A stretch of DNA of 63,768 nt, filler included, from Thermoplasmatota archaeon (GCA_041623215.1; 23 parts of 23 records of this genome joined end to end with filler, not necessarily neighbours in it), one strand, 5' to 3'. Shown: positions 19,220 through 30,561, numbered from the whole stretch's first letter. The notes: generated by a model from the sequence alone, not told the origin. Made by a program: numbers and translations.

Positions 19220-21043
19220 CTACGCGGGCGCAATCCATCCCTGTTCCATGGCATTGCGAAGGGCTCGGCTGGCAGCTAGGTCTTGCTTGCTGACCACGAA
19301 TTCCTCGCCGTGCAAGTACTTCCTTCCGGCCGACCAGTCTGTGAAGCGCTTATTGACGACGAACCGGACATCGGTGGTTGCCTCAACCCTGTGGTGGTGT
19401 CGGTCGCGTGTTTCCGTAAACGTCCCCTGGTATTGGTGCAGGACGCCGCGGTCCAGAACGGCGGTGGTCGTGGTCACAGCATCCAGCAGGAAGCGGTCGT
19501 GGCTTACTACGACAAGGGTGCCGTGGTAGGCGTTCAAGGCGTTGATTACCACGTCACGGGCCCATAGATCCAGGTGGTTCGTGGGCTCGTCAAGGATGAG
19601 GAGGTTGCTTGGTTTCAGGACACATTTGAGGAGCATCAGGCGCTGACGTTCGCCCCCAGATAGGGTGCCGACGCGGCGCCGCAAGTCGTGGTCGGGTTGG
19701 AATCGGAACCGCCCCAGGAGGGCCTTTACATCGCGCTCCTCAAGCGTCGCGCGAGCATCAAGCACCTCTTGGTGGACGCTACGTTCCACCTGCAAATCAT
19801 CGTGCTCCTGGCTGAAGAACATGCCCTGGACGCCGGGCGCTACGTGAATACTGCCGCCGTCCTTCGTTTCGCGGCCGGTAAGAATCCTAAGGAGGGTGGA
19901 CTTACCCGCGCCGTTGGCACCCACGAGGCCGATTCGGTCTCCTTTCTGGATATCGAGGTCAAGGCCATCCAGGACCGGTCGGTCGTAGGCGCGGCTGACC
20001 CCGGTTAAGCGCACCATTTCGTTGCTGCTCTTGGCAGTGCCTCCGAAGGCGAGTCCAAAGCCCAGTTTCTCAAGCACAGGGTCGGGGGTTCGTTCAAGCG
20101 CCGCCTGGTACTTCGCCAGCGCCTTCATTCGGCTGGCGTATTGGCCATCGAAGCGCTTCTGGTGACGAAACTGCATGATGGTTGCCTTGGCTGCGGCCGT
20201 TCGCTCAGCCGCTTTGGCATGCTCGCGTCGCTGGCGATCTAGGTTTTCGTCGCGGGCCTGGACGTAGTCCTCGTAATCGCCGACGTAGCAGGTGACCTGC
20301 CCGCCTGCGACTTCGAATACGCGGGTTGCCACGTTGTCCAAGAAGGCCCTGTCGTGGGCAACGAAAAGGACCGTGCCGTCGAACGCTTGCAGCCATGTTT
20401 CCAGCCATTCGATGGAGTCCACGTCCAAGTGGTTGGTTGGTTCATCGAGGACCACGAGGTCTCCGGGCCGCGCCCCTTCCAGGGTGCGTGCAAGAAGTAC
20501 CCGCGTTTTTTCGCCGCCCGAAAGGCTGGCAGCAGGCTGCGACAAATCAAGCGCGCCAAGGGCCTCTAGCACGGTAGATTGGGTGGTGGTTGGAGCGACG
20601 GCGAGTTTGATTTGGCGTTCCACCTCCGCGTATCGCTCCAAGACCTCTTCGTAGCCTGGCTGTTCATACAAGGCGGGGTCGGCGATGCGCGCTTCCAGCG
20701 CATCTTTCTCTTGTTGCAGTGCCGGCGGCACGGGCTTGGAGGCCGCCAGCAAGGATGCAACCGTAGCATCGGGCGGAATGTCGGGGTGCTGGTCAAACCA
20801 GTGGGCCCGGGCGTCCACGCGCAGGGTGCCGTGGTCTGCTGCCTCTCGGCCCGCAAGCAGCCGCAGCAGCGTTGACTTGCCGGCCCCGTTTGGGCCCACA
20901 ATTGCCACGCGGTCCCCTGCCTCAATCGTGAACGTCGCATCGTCGAACAGGGGCGCACCGGCGTATCCCTTGCCCAAGCCTTCGACGCGTACGACGCTCA
21001 CAGGCTCCGCGACTTGGCTCCCCATCAAGTGCCTGCCGCTCAT
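19220..21043 (-). CDS. ABC-F family ATP-binding protein
   Basis: Two NBDs (G.NGAGKST, LSGGE, LDEPTNHLD, HDR), inter-ABC linker, no TM segments. Confidence 0.93.
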   Translation of the reverse strand: MSGRHLMGSQVAEPVSVVRVEGLGKGYAGAPLFDDATFTIEAGDRVAIVGPNGAGKSTLLRLLAGREAADHGTLRVDARAHWFDQHPDIPPDATVASLLAASKPVPPALQQEKDALEARIADPALYEQPGYEEVLERYAEVERQIKLAVAPTTTQSTVLEALGALDLSQPAASLSGGEKTRVLLARTLEGARPGDLVVLDEPTNHLDVDSIEWLETWLQAFDGTVLFVAHDRAFLDNVATRVFEVAGGQVTCYVGDYEDYVQARDENLDRQRREHAKAAERTAAAKATIMQFRHQKRFDGQYASRMKALAKYQAALERTPDPVLEKLGFGLAFGGTAKSSNEMVRLTGVSRAYDRPVLDGLDLDIQKGDRIGLVGANGAGKSTLLRILTGRETKDGGSIHVAPGVQGMFFSQEHDDLQVERSVHQEVLDARATLEERDVKALLGRFRFQPDHDLRRRVGTLSGGERQRLMLLKCVLKPSNLLILDEPTNHLDLWARDVVINALNAYHGTLVVVSHDRFLLDAVTTTTAVLDRGVLHQYQGTFTETRDRHHHRVEATTDVRFVVNKRFTDWSAGRKYLHGEEFVVSKQDLAASRALRNAMEQGWIAPA

Positions 21044-21174
21044 GGCAGCTACCAAGGTTGGCGCCGTGCTCGCAGGCTCGCCTCGATGGCTCCTGGGTTG
21101 GGTGCCCCGCACCAGCTTGAAGGCCAGGCCCCTTCACGCGGCGTGCTTTGCGCGCCGGCCCCACGGCACTTCAC

Positions 21175-21817
21175 TCATGCCTCAGCCGCTTGCCGGATTC
21201 GCACCATCTCGGCGGGCTCGAGGCCCAGTTCGCCGGCCAACTCCGCCAAGTGCAGGTCCTCCGAGGGGCTAATCTTGCCGTCACGCAAGTAGCGCTCGAC
21301 CGTTTCGGCGTAAAGTCGGTGGGCTTGCTTGGTCTCGCCGGAGCCGAAATTGGAGGGACCTTGGGTGTCCCCGGCCAGGGGCACGGCGCGTTCGGCGATG
21401 CGGTCCGCAAAGCGGGATAGCGGTGCCAGCGCGAAGACCAATGCCCCCGCCGCCACGATGCCAACATAGGACGATCCCAGCGTTGCGCCGAAGAACTCCT
21501 GTGCCGTCTCCGATGCGATGAAGAATACAGCGATGAAAATCCCCGCCATCGTCGACTTGCTGATTGCAAAACGCACTTTCGAATCGATGCCCAGAAACTG
21601 GTTGCGAAGCAGGGCGTACGAGAGCAGGATGATGTCGAAAGCGCGCGCTATGCCGGACGGTTCCAGCACGCCTCCGTAGAGGCTCAGCATCAAGCCACCC
21701 ACGTACGCCGCCAGCGGCACAAGCCCGACATACACTGCGGGGCGGTGGCCGTGCTGTCTTGCCGCACGCATCCACATGACCAGCAAGACCAAGGCCATGC
21801 CCACGTGAATCGAGATG
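21175..21817 (-). CDS. Membrane protein with TerB-like C-terminal helical domain (5' truncated)
   Basis: Several TM helices, then YLRDGKISPSEDLHLAELAGELGL. Confidence 0.65.
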
Positions 21818-21917
21818 NNNNNNNNNNNNNNNNNNNNNNNNNNNNNNNNNNNNNNNNNNNNTTAATTAATTAANNNNNNNNNNNNNNNNNNNNNNNNNNN
21901 NNNNNNNNNNNNNNNNN

Positions 21918-24420
21918 CACCGTGAGCGACGAGCTTGCTGGCCCGCTTGTTCGCGATTTCATTCACGAGGCGTCAGGCACGCCCATGAGCCTGAACAAAC
22001 TAACCCGTCTTTCCAAAGGCAGCAGCGCCGAGGTATACGCGGTGGACAGTCGTGTTGCCTCGTGCGTGCTGCATGACGATGCCGACCTCGGCCAAGATGC
22101 CTCCAATACCGAAAACGGGGCGTCCTTAGTGGGACCCGGTTCTCACGACGGGTGCGTCGGAGGCGCCGACACCGCCGACTGGTATCAATTCCACACTGCC
22201 AAAGGCGACATTTGGAATGTCACGCTGAAAACGCATGGCGCCGCAGACTTGGACCTTCGGTGGACCAGTTGCCACGGCTCCAAGTACTACTACGGTGGAA
22301 ATCCGCCTCCCGAGGACGAATTCTTCCAAGTTGCCTCGCAGGCTCGTAGTAGTTCTACCGACGACCTGTGCCTCGAGGTCATTCCATTTGCCGGCATTTC
22401 CACGTACACCCTCATCCTGGAACCGCTTGAAGGCCCATGCTGGCAGGACGACGCCGGGACCGGACGGGATGCAAGCCCCAATCAGCCCATCGAAGTAGGC
22501 CTTGGAAGCTTCACCGTGTGCACCAAAGGTGTTTCGGGCTCCATGCGTCATAGTGATCCGCTTGACCTGAGCGGGCGTACAACCCACCACTGGTTTTCAT
22601 TTACTGACTGGGACTATTTTCACCTCAACCTTACCCCCGATGTTGGTTACCGCGTTACAGCCACCCAGGCACAATGCAGGACGATGACCGTTTACCCTAG
22701 CATCGAAGGCACATGGCAAACGCCGGCGTGCGGCGATCCGGGCACATGGCACGTGTACCCCAACCGCGAACTCTACCCGATTAAGTTCTACGGCACGGCG
22801 GGCCTTAGTACAATCACGATCGAAGATGTTACGCCCACATGCCCCGCGCCACAGAATGACTTCGCCACCGGCCACGACTCCCCTCGACTGACCAATGCCA
22901 GCCAAGTCACCATGCTGGCCCTAGGCACCCATGCCGGATGCGTCGACCGAGCCGACGTGGCTGACTTCCTGCGCTTTGATGGGTCAGGCAGCGACATCTT
23001 TGACGCCACCCTGAACGTCTCCAGCGGGAGAGTGGCCTTCTCCGCCTATGCTTACGACGGCGACACTTACACCAAGTATCTCGGGGGCACGGGGTCCTTG
23101 GACGCCGGAGAGTCGGCGCCCCTTCGTGTGGCAGGACTGGGCGAAACTGGCCAGGTGATTATAGCCGCCGTTGGACTAGACGACGATGCTCGCTACGAAG
23201 TGACCTGGAGCCGGCAGGAATTGAACCTGCCAAGTCCGTCGCTGCTGCTGGACGGCCTCAATGACTCCAGCTTGGCCGCCTGCCACGGCGACTTGTACGC
23301 CTACGAGGAGGATGCGTTCTACCGCCTCGACGGCAACGACTGGACGCGGGAATGGCTTTTCCAAGTACCCCGTGGAAGCTCGGCGCCATGGCTGGTCTGC
23401 TCGGCGGATGGCTTACTGGTGGAGTCGCCCTTCTATGAATCAAGTGCTCGCCCCCGGATGACCCACCAGTGGTCCATTGACAACCGCCACCTCATCCCAT
23501 GGATGCGTGACGCTATTGGTCCGGCCGCGACTGGCCCCGATGGGCGCTTTTACGCACCGGATGGCATGTCAATCCACGTAACCGATTGCGCCACCAAGCA
23601 ATCTAGCTCGCTTGAGGTTGGTGCGTCTTCAACCATCTGGGACATTGCCTTCGCCCCGGACGGCGATCTTTGGTTCAACGCGGGCGGCAACATCTACGAA
23701 ATGCAAGACGGCGAGCCAATCCTGCGATCGGTGGACGGAACTCGCTATTGGTCCAAACTGGCCTTTACCGACGACGGAGATGTGCTTGCCCGCGATTTCT
23801 TTGGCTTCCTCAACCAATTAGACGGCAACACAGGGACCGTGACCCAGGTGGCTTTCGTCGCCAATGCAGGCGGCATCGAAACAGCGCATGGAGACACCCT
23901 ATTGTTCAGAAGCGCATCCAAGGTGTACGGGTTGGACCTTGGCATCTCTCTGGCCCAACCCCTTGCTGCCCCAGCCTGCGGGCAATCCAAGGATTGGGCG
24001 CTGACCGACTTGCAATTCGTCCCATTCGATGTAGAGTCGGAGGTGATGGACGACTTGGGGCTCAGCAGCTACCAGCAGGATGTCGAGGTTACCGTGACGA
24101 ATCTGGGAGGTCCCGCCGATGCGCAGGATTTCGCCTACCTGGACCTGTATTACCGGGAGGACGCGTGCAACACCTACGACGCGCCTGATGACCGTTCGTG
24201 CTGGCTGGCCCTCAGTGGTAATCGGCCGCTTGTCGAAGGCCCCTTTGAGCCCGGCGAGGCCAAGACATACACGGTGGAAGTAGCATGGCCGACGATGACC
24301 ACGGGCGGACGGATTCTTGTTGTCCTAACTCCGTACATCACAAACCTGTACGACCAGGAATACACCAATGACCGCATGGTTGCCTACTATTCGCTTGATG
24401 ACTGGGGCGTCGCCACGTGA
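21918..24420 (+). CDS. Large extracellular multidomain protein: 3 PPC-like repeats, beta-propeller, CARDB-like end (5' truncated)
   Basis: Repeated [DN]D[AF]..G.D + C...D..D[WYF] modules; GPDGRFY and IAFAPDGDLW blades; VTVTNLG..FEPGE..EYTND. Confidence 0.7.
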
Positions 24421-24556
24421 CGGTGGCCGGTGCAGGCCGTCGCCGATGCTAGCGGCCTGCGACCCAGTCCACGCGCTTTCACCCCCCGCTGGTTCATGAG
24501 GTTGGACGAACCGGGGCGAGACCACATTTGATGTGGTGGATGGCCTCTACCGCACC

Positions 24557-24768
24557 ATGAGCTCCGACGGCCCGCCGGCCCTGCCCGGCTGGATACCGGT
24601 TGCAGTAATTGCTAGTTTGACGACCGCCGCTGCCTTGATTGGGTCCTTCGCCGCCGTTGACGCCGCGGCCAGGTACGAGGACCTGGAACAACCGGCCTGG
24701 GCCCCGCCGCCCTGGCTTTTTGGTCCTGTATGGACCGTCCTCTACGCCACGATTGCCGTGGCTGGATG
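24557..24768 (+). CDS. tspO: TspO/MBR family protein, N-terminal fragment
   Basis: Y..L..P.WAPPPWLFGPVWTVLY. Confidence 0.9.
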
Positions 24769-24868
24769 NNNNNNNNNNNNNNNNNNNNNNNNNNNNNNNN
24801 NNNNNNNNNNNNTTAATTAATTAANNNNNNNNNNNNNNNNNNNNNNNNNNNNNNNNNNNNNNNNNNNN

Positions 24869-25117
24869 GGAACAAGCATGAACCCGGCTCGCACGCTTGG
24901 CCCCGCCATCTTCGCAAATGAGTGGACTGCCTGGCCTTTGTACATGGCCGGAACGCTTGGTGGCGCGGCGGCGGCCGCTGTCTTGTATGGCTGGCTGAGG
25001 AAGGGGCAGGTCCCGGGCAGCGACGCCGAACGCATCGACGGCATCCAGCAAGCGGACCTGCTGGCCAACCGGGCCACGGACAACGAGGCCAAGGCCGCCG
25101 TACGAGGACGCGCATGA
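24869..25117 (+). CDS. MIP/aquaporin family channel, C-terminal fragment
   Basis: GTSMNPARTLGPA (second NPA box). Confidence 0.9.
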   Translation, partial: GTSMNPARTLGPAIFANEWTAWPLYMAGTLGGAAAAAVLYGWLRKGQVPGSDAERIDGIQQADLLANRATDNEAKAAVRGRA

Positions 25118-25596
25118 CTACGGCGCCACCGCCAACACCCAAGCACCCGCGCAACCCGGCAACCGCATCGTCGGCGCCGGACGTCCCATCCGCCTTGTTT
25201 GTTTGCGTAGGCAACAGTTGCCGGAGCCAAATGGCGGAGGCGTTCGCGCGGCGACATGGACTTACCACCGCCAGTGCCGGCACCGAACCGGCCGAATCGG
25301 TGTCGAGCCGGGCTGCGGCGGCGATGGGCGAGGTGGGACTGTCATTGGCCACCCATTCCCCCAAAACGCTGGCCGACGTGGACATTGACAGCTTTGATGC
25401 CGTTATTACGATGGGCTGTGGCGTGGCGGAATCGTGCCCCAGCTTGGTAACGGACGAAGATTGGGGCTTGGACGACCCCGTCCATGCCGACATGGAGGTG
25501 GTCCGGAAGGTGCGCGATGATATTGAACGCCGGGTGCTCGATCTCCAGAAGCGGCTCTTGGCCGGTTCGTTCGAACGCCGGCGCAGGCGGGTCTAA
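25114..25596 (+). CDS. arsC: Arsenate reductase, LMW-PTP fold
   Basis: FVCVGNSCRSQMAE, ITMGC....CP, DWGLDDP; ATGA-coupled to the MIP gene. Confidence 0.88.
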   Translation: MTTAPPPTPKHPRNPATASSAPDVPSALFVCVGNSCRSQMAEAFARRHGLTTASAGTEPAESVSSRAAAAMGEVGLSLATHSPKTLADVDIDSFDAVITMGCGVAESCPSLVTDEDWGLDDPVHADMEVVRKVRDDIERRVLDLQKRLLAGSFERRRRRV

Positions 25597-25619
25597 CGGA
25601 GCGCTCCGGCAACGCCATA

Positions 25620-26363
25620 ATGCACCTGCCACTGGTGCGTTGTGTGAACTTCGTAGCCTTCGACCTGGAGACCACGGGACTCGACATCGAGCAGGACCGC
25701 ATCGTGGAGTTCTGCTTCATTTCCCTTGATGCAGACCTGCAGGAAACAGCTCGTTGGACCGAGCGCGTCAACCCGGGTGTACCCATTCCAGCCGAGGTCA
25801 TCGAGGTGCACGGCATTACCGAGCAGGACGTTGCAGACAAGCCCACGTTCGACGCCTTCGCGGCGAAGATTCAGGACCTGCTGAAGGACGCCACACTCAT
25901 TGCCTACAATCACGACTTCGATGTCGGACTTCTACATCACGAGCTGCTTCGCCATGGCCAGAAGGGCATCCCAATGGATGTTCCTGTCATCGACCCTTCG
26001 GCCATTTTCCGCCAGCATTTCCCGCACAGCTTGGCTGGCGCGGTGCGCCTCTACCTCGACCGCGAGCTGGTGGGCGCTCACGGGGCCGAGGCAGACACGG
26101 CGGCCATGTTGGATGTGCTTCGTGCGCAGCGCCGCCACGGCCGCGACGACGATGCGCCGGTTCGCTCTCTTCTCTTCCAACGGCGCCACAACTACCTAGA
26201 TCGCGGCCGCCGATTCTATGAGGACGACGACGGTTTGGTTCGTTTCAACTTCGGTAAGCACCGTAACAAGCTTGCACGCGACGAGGCGAACTACCTTCAG
26301 TGGATGTTGGGCGCCGACTTCGCGGAAGACACCAAGACCGTAATCCGCCGGATCCTTCAGTAA
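25620..26363 (+). CDS. DEDDh 3'-5' exonuclease (DNA Pol III epsilon-like)
   Basis: FDLETTG, AYN..FD, HGAEAD; C-terminal FNFGKH...YLQWML. Confidence 0.9.
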   Translation: MHLPLVRCVNFVAFDLETTGLDIEQDRIVEFCFISLDADLQETARWTERVNPGVPIPAEVIEVHGITEQDVADKPTFDAFAAKIQDLLKDATLIAYNHDFDVGLLHHELLRHGQKGIPMDVPVIDPSAIFRQHFPHSLAGAVRLYLDRELVGAHGAEADTAAMLDVLRAQRRHGRDDDAPVRSLLFQRRHNYLDRGRRFYEDDDGLVRFNFGKHRNKLARDEANYLQWMLGADFAEDTKTVIRRILQ

Positions 26364-26401
26364 GTGCCGGATTCGGCGGAGCACTGCATCCTCGACTCGC
26401 G

Positions 26402-27659
26402 CTAGGTGTCTAGCATGGATTTCAGGGCCCCGGCATCCAGGACCGGAGGGAAGCAGGTTTGCTTGCGGCACACGTAGGCTCCAGGCTCGCGGTAGGCGTC
26501 AAGCCAGGGCAACGCTTCTCGAAGCGTGGCTGAAGCCGTCAAGACCACACGATGCGGATTTGGGCTGCTCGTAGCGGCTGCTTGCAGGTGCTCCGCTTCG
26601 ACGAGCACGATTTGTTCGCCATCTAGTAATTCTGTGGCTGCCCTAATCAGCATGGGGGCTGCGGCGGGATTTGCATCAACCTGGGCCGCCACGCCAGACA
26701 GGCTCGTTCTGGCGCGCTTCTCCCAGCGGGGTTCATGGGTCAGGTGCCACAGGCGGGCCTGCACAAACGCAGCGACGCCCACAGGAGATGGTAACGCACC
26801 GTCGTGCCAATCCGGCGGCACATTGGGTAGCCCAGGTTCAGCAGATGCGGCGAGCCGGTACCCGTCGCCATCCCGGTAATCCTCGAGCCCCTCGGCCACA
26901 GTGAGGGCCGTGGCGAACCATTTGGCCTCGCTCGTTGCCTCGAACAAATCTAGCAACGCCCAGGCCGCATACGCTTGGTCGGGCAGGAACGCCCCTGTCG
27001 TCTCCTCCAGATGACAATGCGCCACCCGCGTGGCTCCAAATTGGGCCAGCAGCCGATTGGCCAGGTCGCCCGCCGCAGCGGTTGCAGGCTCGTGGTTAGA
27101 AAGTCGCCCGTGCCGCGCCAACGCCCGCACCCAGAGCCAATTCCAATCCGCCAAGGCCTTGTCATCCCGCAGCGGCCTCTCGCGTTGTTGACGCACCTCC
27201 AGCAGCCGGCCAAGGGCATCATCGAGTTGGGGGTCCGGTTCGCCTGGCGCACACCAATGCAGGATATTGCGCGGTGACGCCTGGCCGGTCGCTTCGTCGG
27301 CAAAATTTCCGGCCTGCTTGGCCCCATAGGCCTCTGCAAACGCTCGTGCCCTCGGGCCTAAAATGTCTTCCAACTCGCTCCAAAGCCACGTGGTAAAGCG
27401 CCCCTCCTCTCCCTCAGCGTCCGCGTCCTCCCCGCTGGCCAGCAGGCCATCGGCACGTGTGAAGTCGCGTTGGACCCCGTGGATGGTTCTCTCGAGGGTG
27501 CGGGCAAAGGCACCGTCACCCGTGGCCGCGTAGCAATCAACGTAGAAGGAGACAAGCAAAGCCTGATCGTACAGCATTTTTTCAAAATGGGGCACCAGCC
27601 AATCGGGGTCCGTGCTGTAGCGGTGGAACCCCCCACCGACATGGTCGTGGATGCCCCCC
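26402..27659 (-). CDS. YyaL/SSP411-like thioredoxin-domain protein (5' truncated)
   Basis: GGIHDHVGGGFHRYSTD..WLVPHFEKMLYDQA, DDKAL.DWN, AYVC...TC.PP. Confidence 0.92.
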
Positions 27660-27759
27660 NNNNNNNNNNNNNNNNNNNNNNNNNNNNNNNNNNNNNNNNN
27701 NNNTTAATTAATTAANNNNNNNNNNNNNNNNNNNNNNNNNNNNNNNNNNNNNNNNNNNN

Positions 27760-28440
27760 ACCATTGGGCGCAGTTCGCACTGCGTCTCCGTTGCGATATA
27801 GCTGGAAGGCGTGCTGGATTCGCTCCCAGCGCTGGTCGCGGTCCATGGCGTAGTAGCGACCCACGAAGTCCGCGATGCGCCCCACTCCTGCGGCCTCCAC
27901 TTGCGCTTCGAGTGTGGCCATGAAGGTCGCTGCGGAGCGTGGCGCTGTATCGCGGCCGTCGCCGATGGGATGCACAAACACCCGGTCGGCGGCAATTCCT
28001 GTCCCGACACACGCATCTAGGGCAGCGGCAAAGTGGCTTTCGTGCGCGTGAACCCCTCCGGGACCCAAGAGCCCCACGAGGTGAAGGCGGCTGCCGTGGC
28101 TTTCGACGTGCCGGAAAGCTGCTTGCAGCGCTTCATTGCCTGCAAATTCGCCGTCGTCAATCGCCTTGTTGATGCGAAGGAAATCTTGGTAAATGATCCG
28201 GCCAGCACCGATGTTGAGGTGCCCAACTTCGGAGTTGCCCATCTGACCTTCCGGCAGGCCCACATGGTGGGCATTGTTGTCGATGGTTGTATGAGGGCAG
28301 GTTTCGAGCAGTCGGTCGAGGGTTGGTGTATCGGCCATCGCGACAGCGTTGCACGGATGCTCAGGGTCGCCGAAGGCAAAGCCGTCCAAGATGATGAGAA
28401 GGCCAGGCCGGTGCGTCGCCGGGGTCACAAGCGCCGCCAC
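27760..28440 (-). CDS. gpmI: 2,3-BPG-independent phosphoglycerate mutase, bacterial type (3' truncated)
   Basis: LIILDG, VGLPEGQMGNSEVGHLNIGAGR, DGRDT, GRYYAMDRD.RWER. Confidence 0.95.
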
Positions 28441-28479
28441 TCGACAGGGGGTCTTGGGGTTGTCGCGCCGGAGCGCGCA

Positions 28480-28506
28480 TCAAAAGGGGAGAGGGAAGGA
28501 AAAGGA
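28480..28506 (-). terminator. Pyrimidine-rich putative terminator
   Basis: Minus strand TCCTTTTCCTTCCCTCTCCCCTTTTGA just after the stop at 28518. Confidence 0.45.
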
Positions 28507-28517
28507 TGGCTGCAACC

Positions 28518-29084
28518 TTAGTTGGGGTTGGCTAGGTTGTACTGGTAGGAGCCGGTGAAGCCCTTGTAGCACGCCGTGGACTCGGGGGGCAGCGGCGTTC
28601 CCTCGCCACCTTCTAGGTAGACGCCCTTGTCACCGGTGTAGCAGACCCAGAACTCGTAGGCGTGGACACCAAGGTGGTCACTGCGCGAGGGGCAGGCACC
28701 GTCGCAGGCTACGTTGTTGCCGGAGCCGTCAACGCACTCGCCATCCCAGCAGTCGGTGTTGTCACAGGCGGTGCCAAGACCACCGGAGGTGGCGCTTTGG
28801 GAGCCAAAGAGTGCAAGGCCGCTGACGATGCTGACCGCCTCACTGTCAGTTTGGCCAACGTTTTCGACCTCATTGAGAAGGTTGGCATCAGCACTGCCAG
28901 GGTCACTGGGGTCCAACTTGACGCCGATGTGGCCACCGCCACCATTTGTGCCAGATGCATCGTAGCATTCGCCACTGATGCCGACGTCAGTTTCCTTCAT
29001 GTCCTGTTGGTATTGGGCGTTGGCACCAGCACTCACCATCAACAGGAGTGCAGCTGCCGTGATACTCAGGAAGCGCAGATTCAT
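28518..29084 (-). CDS. Secreted Cys/Gly-rich protein (188 aa, 8 Cys)
   Basis: Signal peptide ending ANA; GGAGGT SD and TTATAT box upstream. Confidence 0.75.
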   Translation of the reverse strand: MNLRFLSITAAALLLMVSAGANAQYQQDMKETDVGISGECYDASGTNGGGGHIGVKLDPSDPGSADANLLNEVENVGQTDSEAVSIVSGLALFGSQSATSGGLGTACDNTDCWDGECVDGSGNNVACDGACPSRSDHLGVHAYEFWVCYTGDKGVYLEGGEGTPLPPESTACYKGFTGSYQYNLANPN

Positions 29085-29280
29085 TCTTACTCTACCTCCA
29101 TCCTGACGACGATTTCGCACATATAAGAAGCTTGGGTAACACGACTGTTGCCAAGCCGTCAAGCGGCCCGCGAGGCTACCCACCGTCCACGCGCCGAAGA
29201 GGTTGGCTAGGAAGGGTTAGGTGGTGCGCCACCCGACGCGCCTCCGGTGGCCTCTTGAAGCGCGTCCCAGTGCCGGCGCC

Positions 29281-30461
29281 GTGGACCCCCGATTGGCCGT
29301 GGACCAGGTCAGATTGGCTGCCCAGCGCAGCACCGACCAGTTCCGCGACGGCTTGCCGATGATTGCTTCCGAAAACATCGTGTCGCCCCGCGTCCAGGAG
29401 ATGCTGGTGACCGACTTGCACGGTCGCTACGCCGAAGGTCTACCCGGGAAGCGCTACTATCAGGGGTGCGCACCGTTTGACGACATCGAGACGCTTGGGA
29501 TTGAGTCTGCCAAACGGGTGTTCAACTGCTCGTTTGCCAACATCCAATCTACGTCGGGGACCAACTCCAACTTGGCCGTCCTGAAGGCCATGACCAAACC
29601 CGGGGACGCAATCACCGCCGTTAGCACCGCCGATGGCGGCCACATTAGCCACGCCCCGATGGGAGCAGTGGGCATGCGCGGCCTCGACCTCCACACCTAC
29701 CCGTGGGACGAGGAGCGCATGACCATCGACGTGGACGCCGCCGTGGAGATGATTCACGACGTCAAGCCCAGCCTCGCCTTGTTTGGGCAGTCCATGATTC
29801 TCTTCCCGACCCCTCTGGACGAAGTTGCCGCCGCCGCCAAGGAAGAGGGCGCGACCGTCATGTACGACGGCGCCCATGTCTTGGGCCTCATCGCGGGGGG
29901 CGTCTTCCAGGACCCGCTTCGCGAGGGCGCTGATGTGATGACCGGCTCCAGCCACAAGACGTTCCCGGGGCCCCAGGGCGGCTTCGTTTTGTCCAACTCC
30001 GACGACGAGAAATTCCAGCGCCGCCTCAACACGGGCGTTTTCCCCGGGGTTTGCAGCAACTATCACCTGCATCACATGGCGGGCAAAGTCATCGCCTTGG
30101 CGGAGTTCGAGGCGTTCGGCGCCCAGTACGCGGCGGACATTGTGGCCAACGCGCAGGCGCTCGCACAAGGCCTCGCCGCAGAGGGCATCGAGGTGCTCGG
30201 GGAAGCGCGCGGCTATACTGCGAGCCACCAGGTGGTAACGCGCCACGGGGCGCCAGACGACGGTTCCGGAGCCCAGGCAGCGGCGCTTCTCGAGGCAGCC
30301 GGCATCATCACGAACATGAACATGCTTCCAGGCGACACCAAGCCGATGCGCCCCAGCGGATTGCGCCTTGGCGTGCAAGAGTTGACTCGCGTCGGCTGCA
30401 CCAAAGATGACATGCAAGACGTCGCCCGGTGGTTCCGCGAAGTGCTCATGGACGGCAAGGA
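29281..30461 (+). CDS. glyA: Serine hydroxymethyltransferase, archaeal type (3' truncated)
   Basis: IASEN, RYAEGLPGKRYYQG, YDGAHVLGLIAG, SSHKTFPGPQGG, SGLRLG. Confidence 0.96.
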
Positions 30462-30561
30462 NNNNNNNNNNNNNNNNNNNNNNNNNNNNNNNNNNNNNNN
30501 NNNNNTTAATTAATTAANNNNNNNNNNNNNNNNNNNNNNNNNNNNNNNNNNNNNNNNNNNN

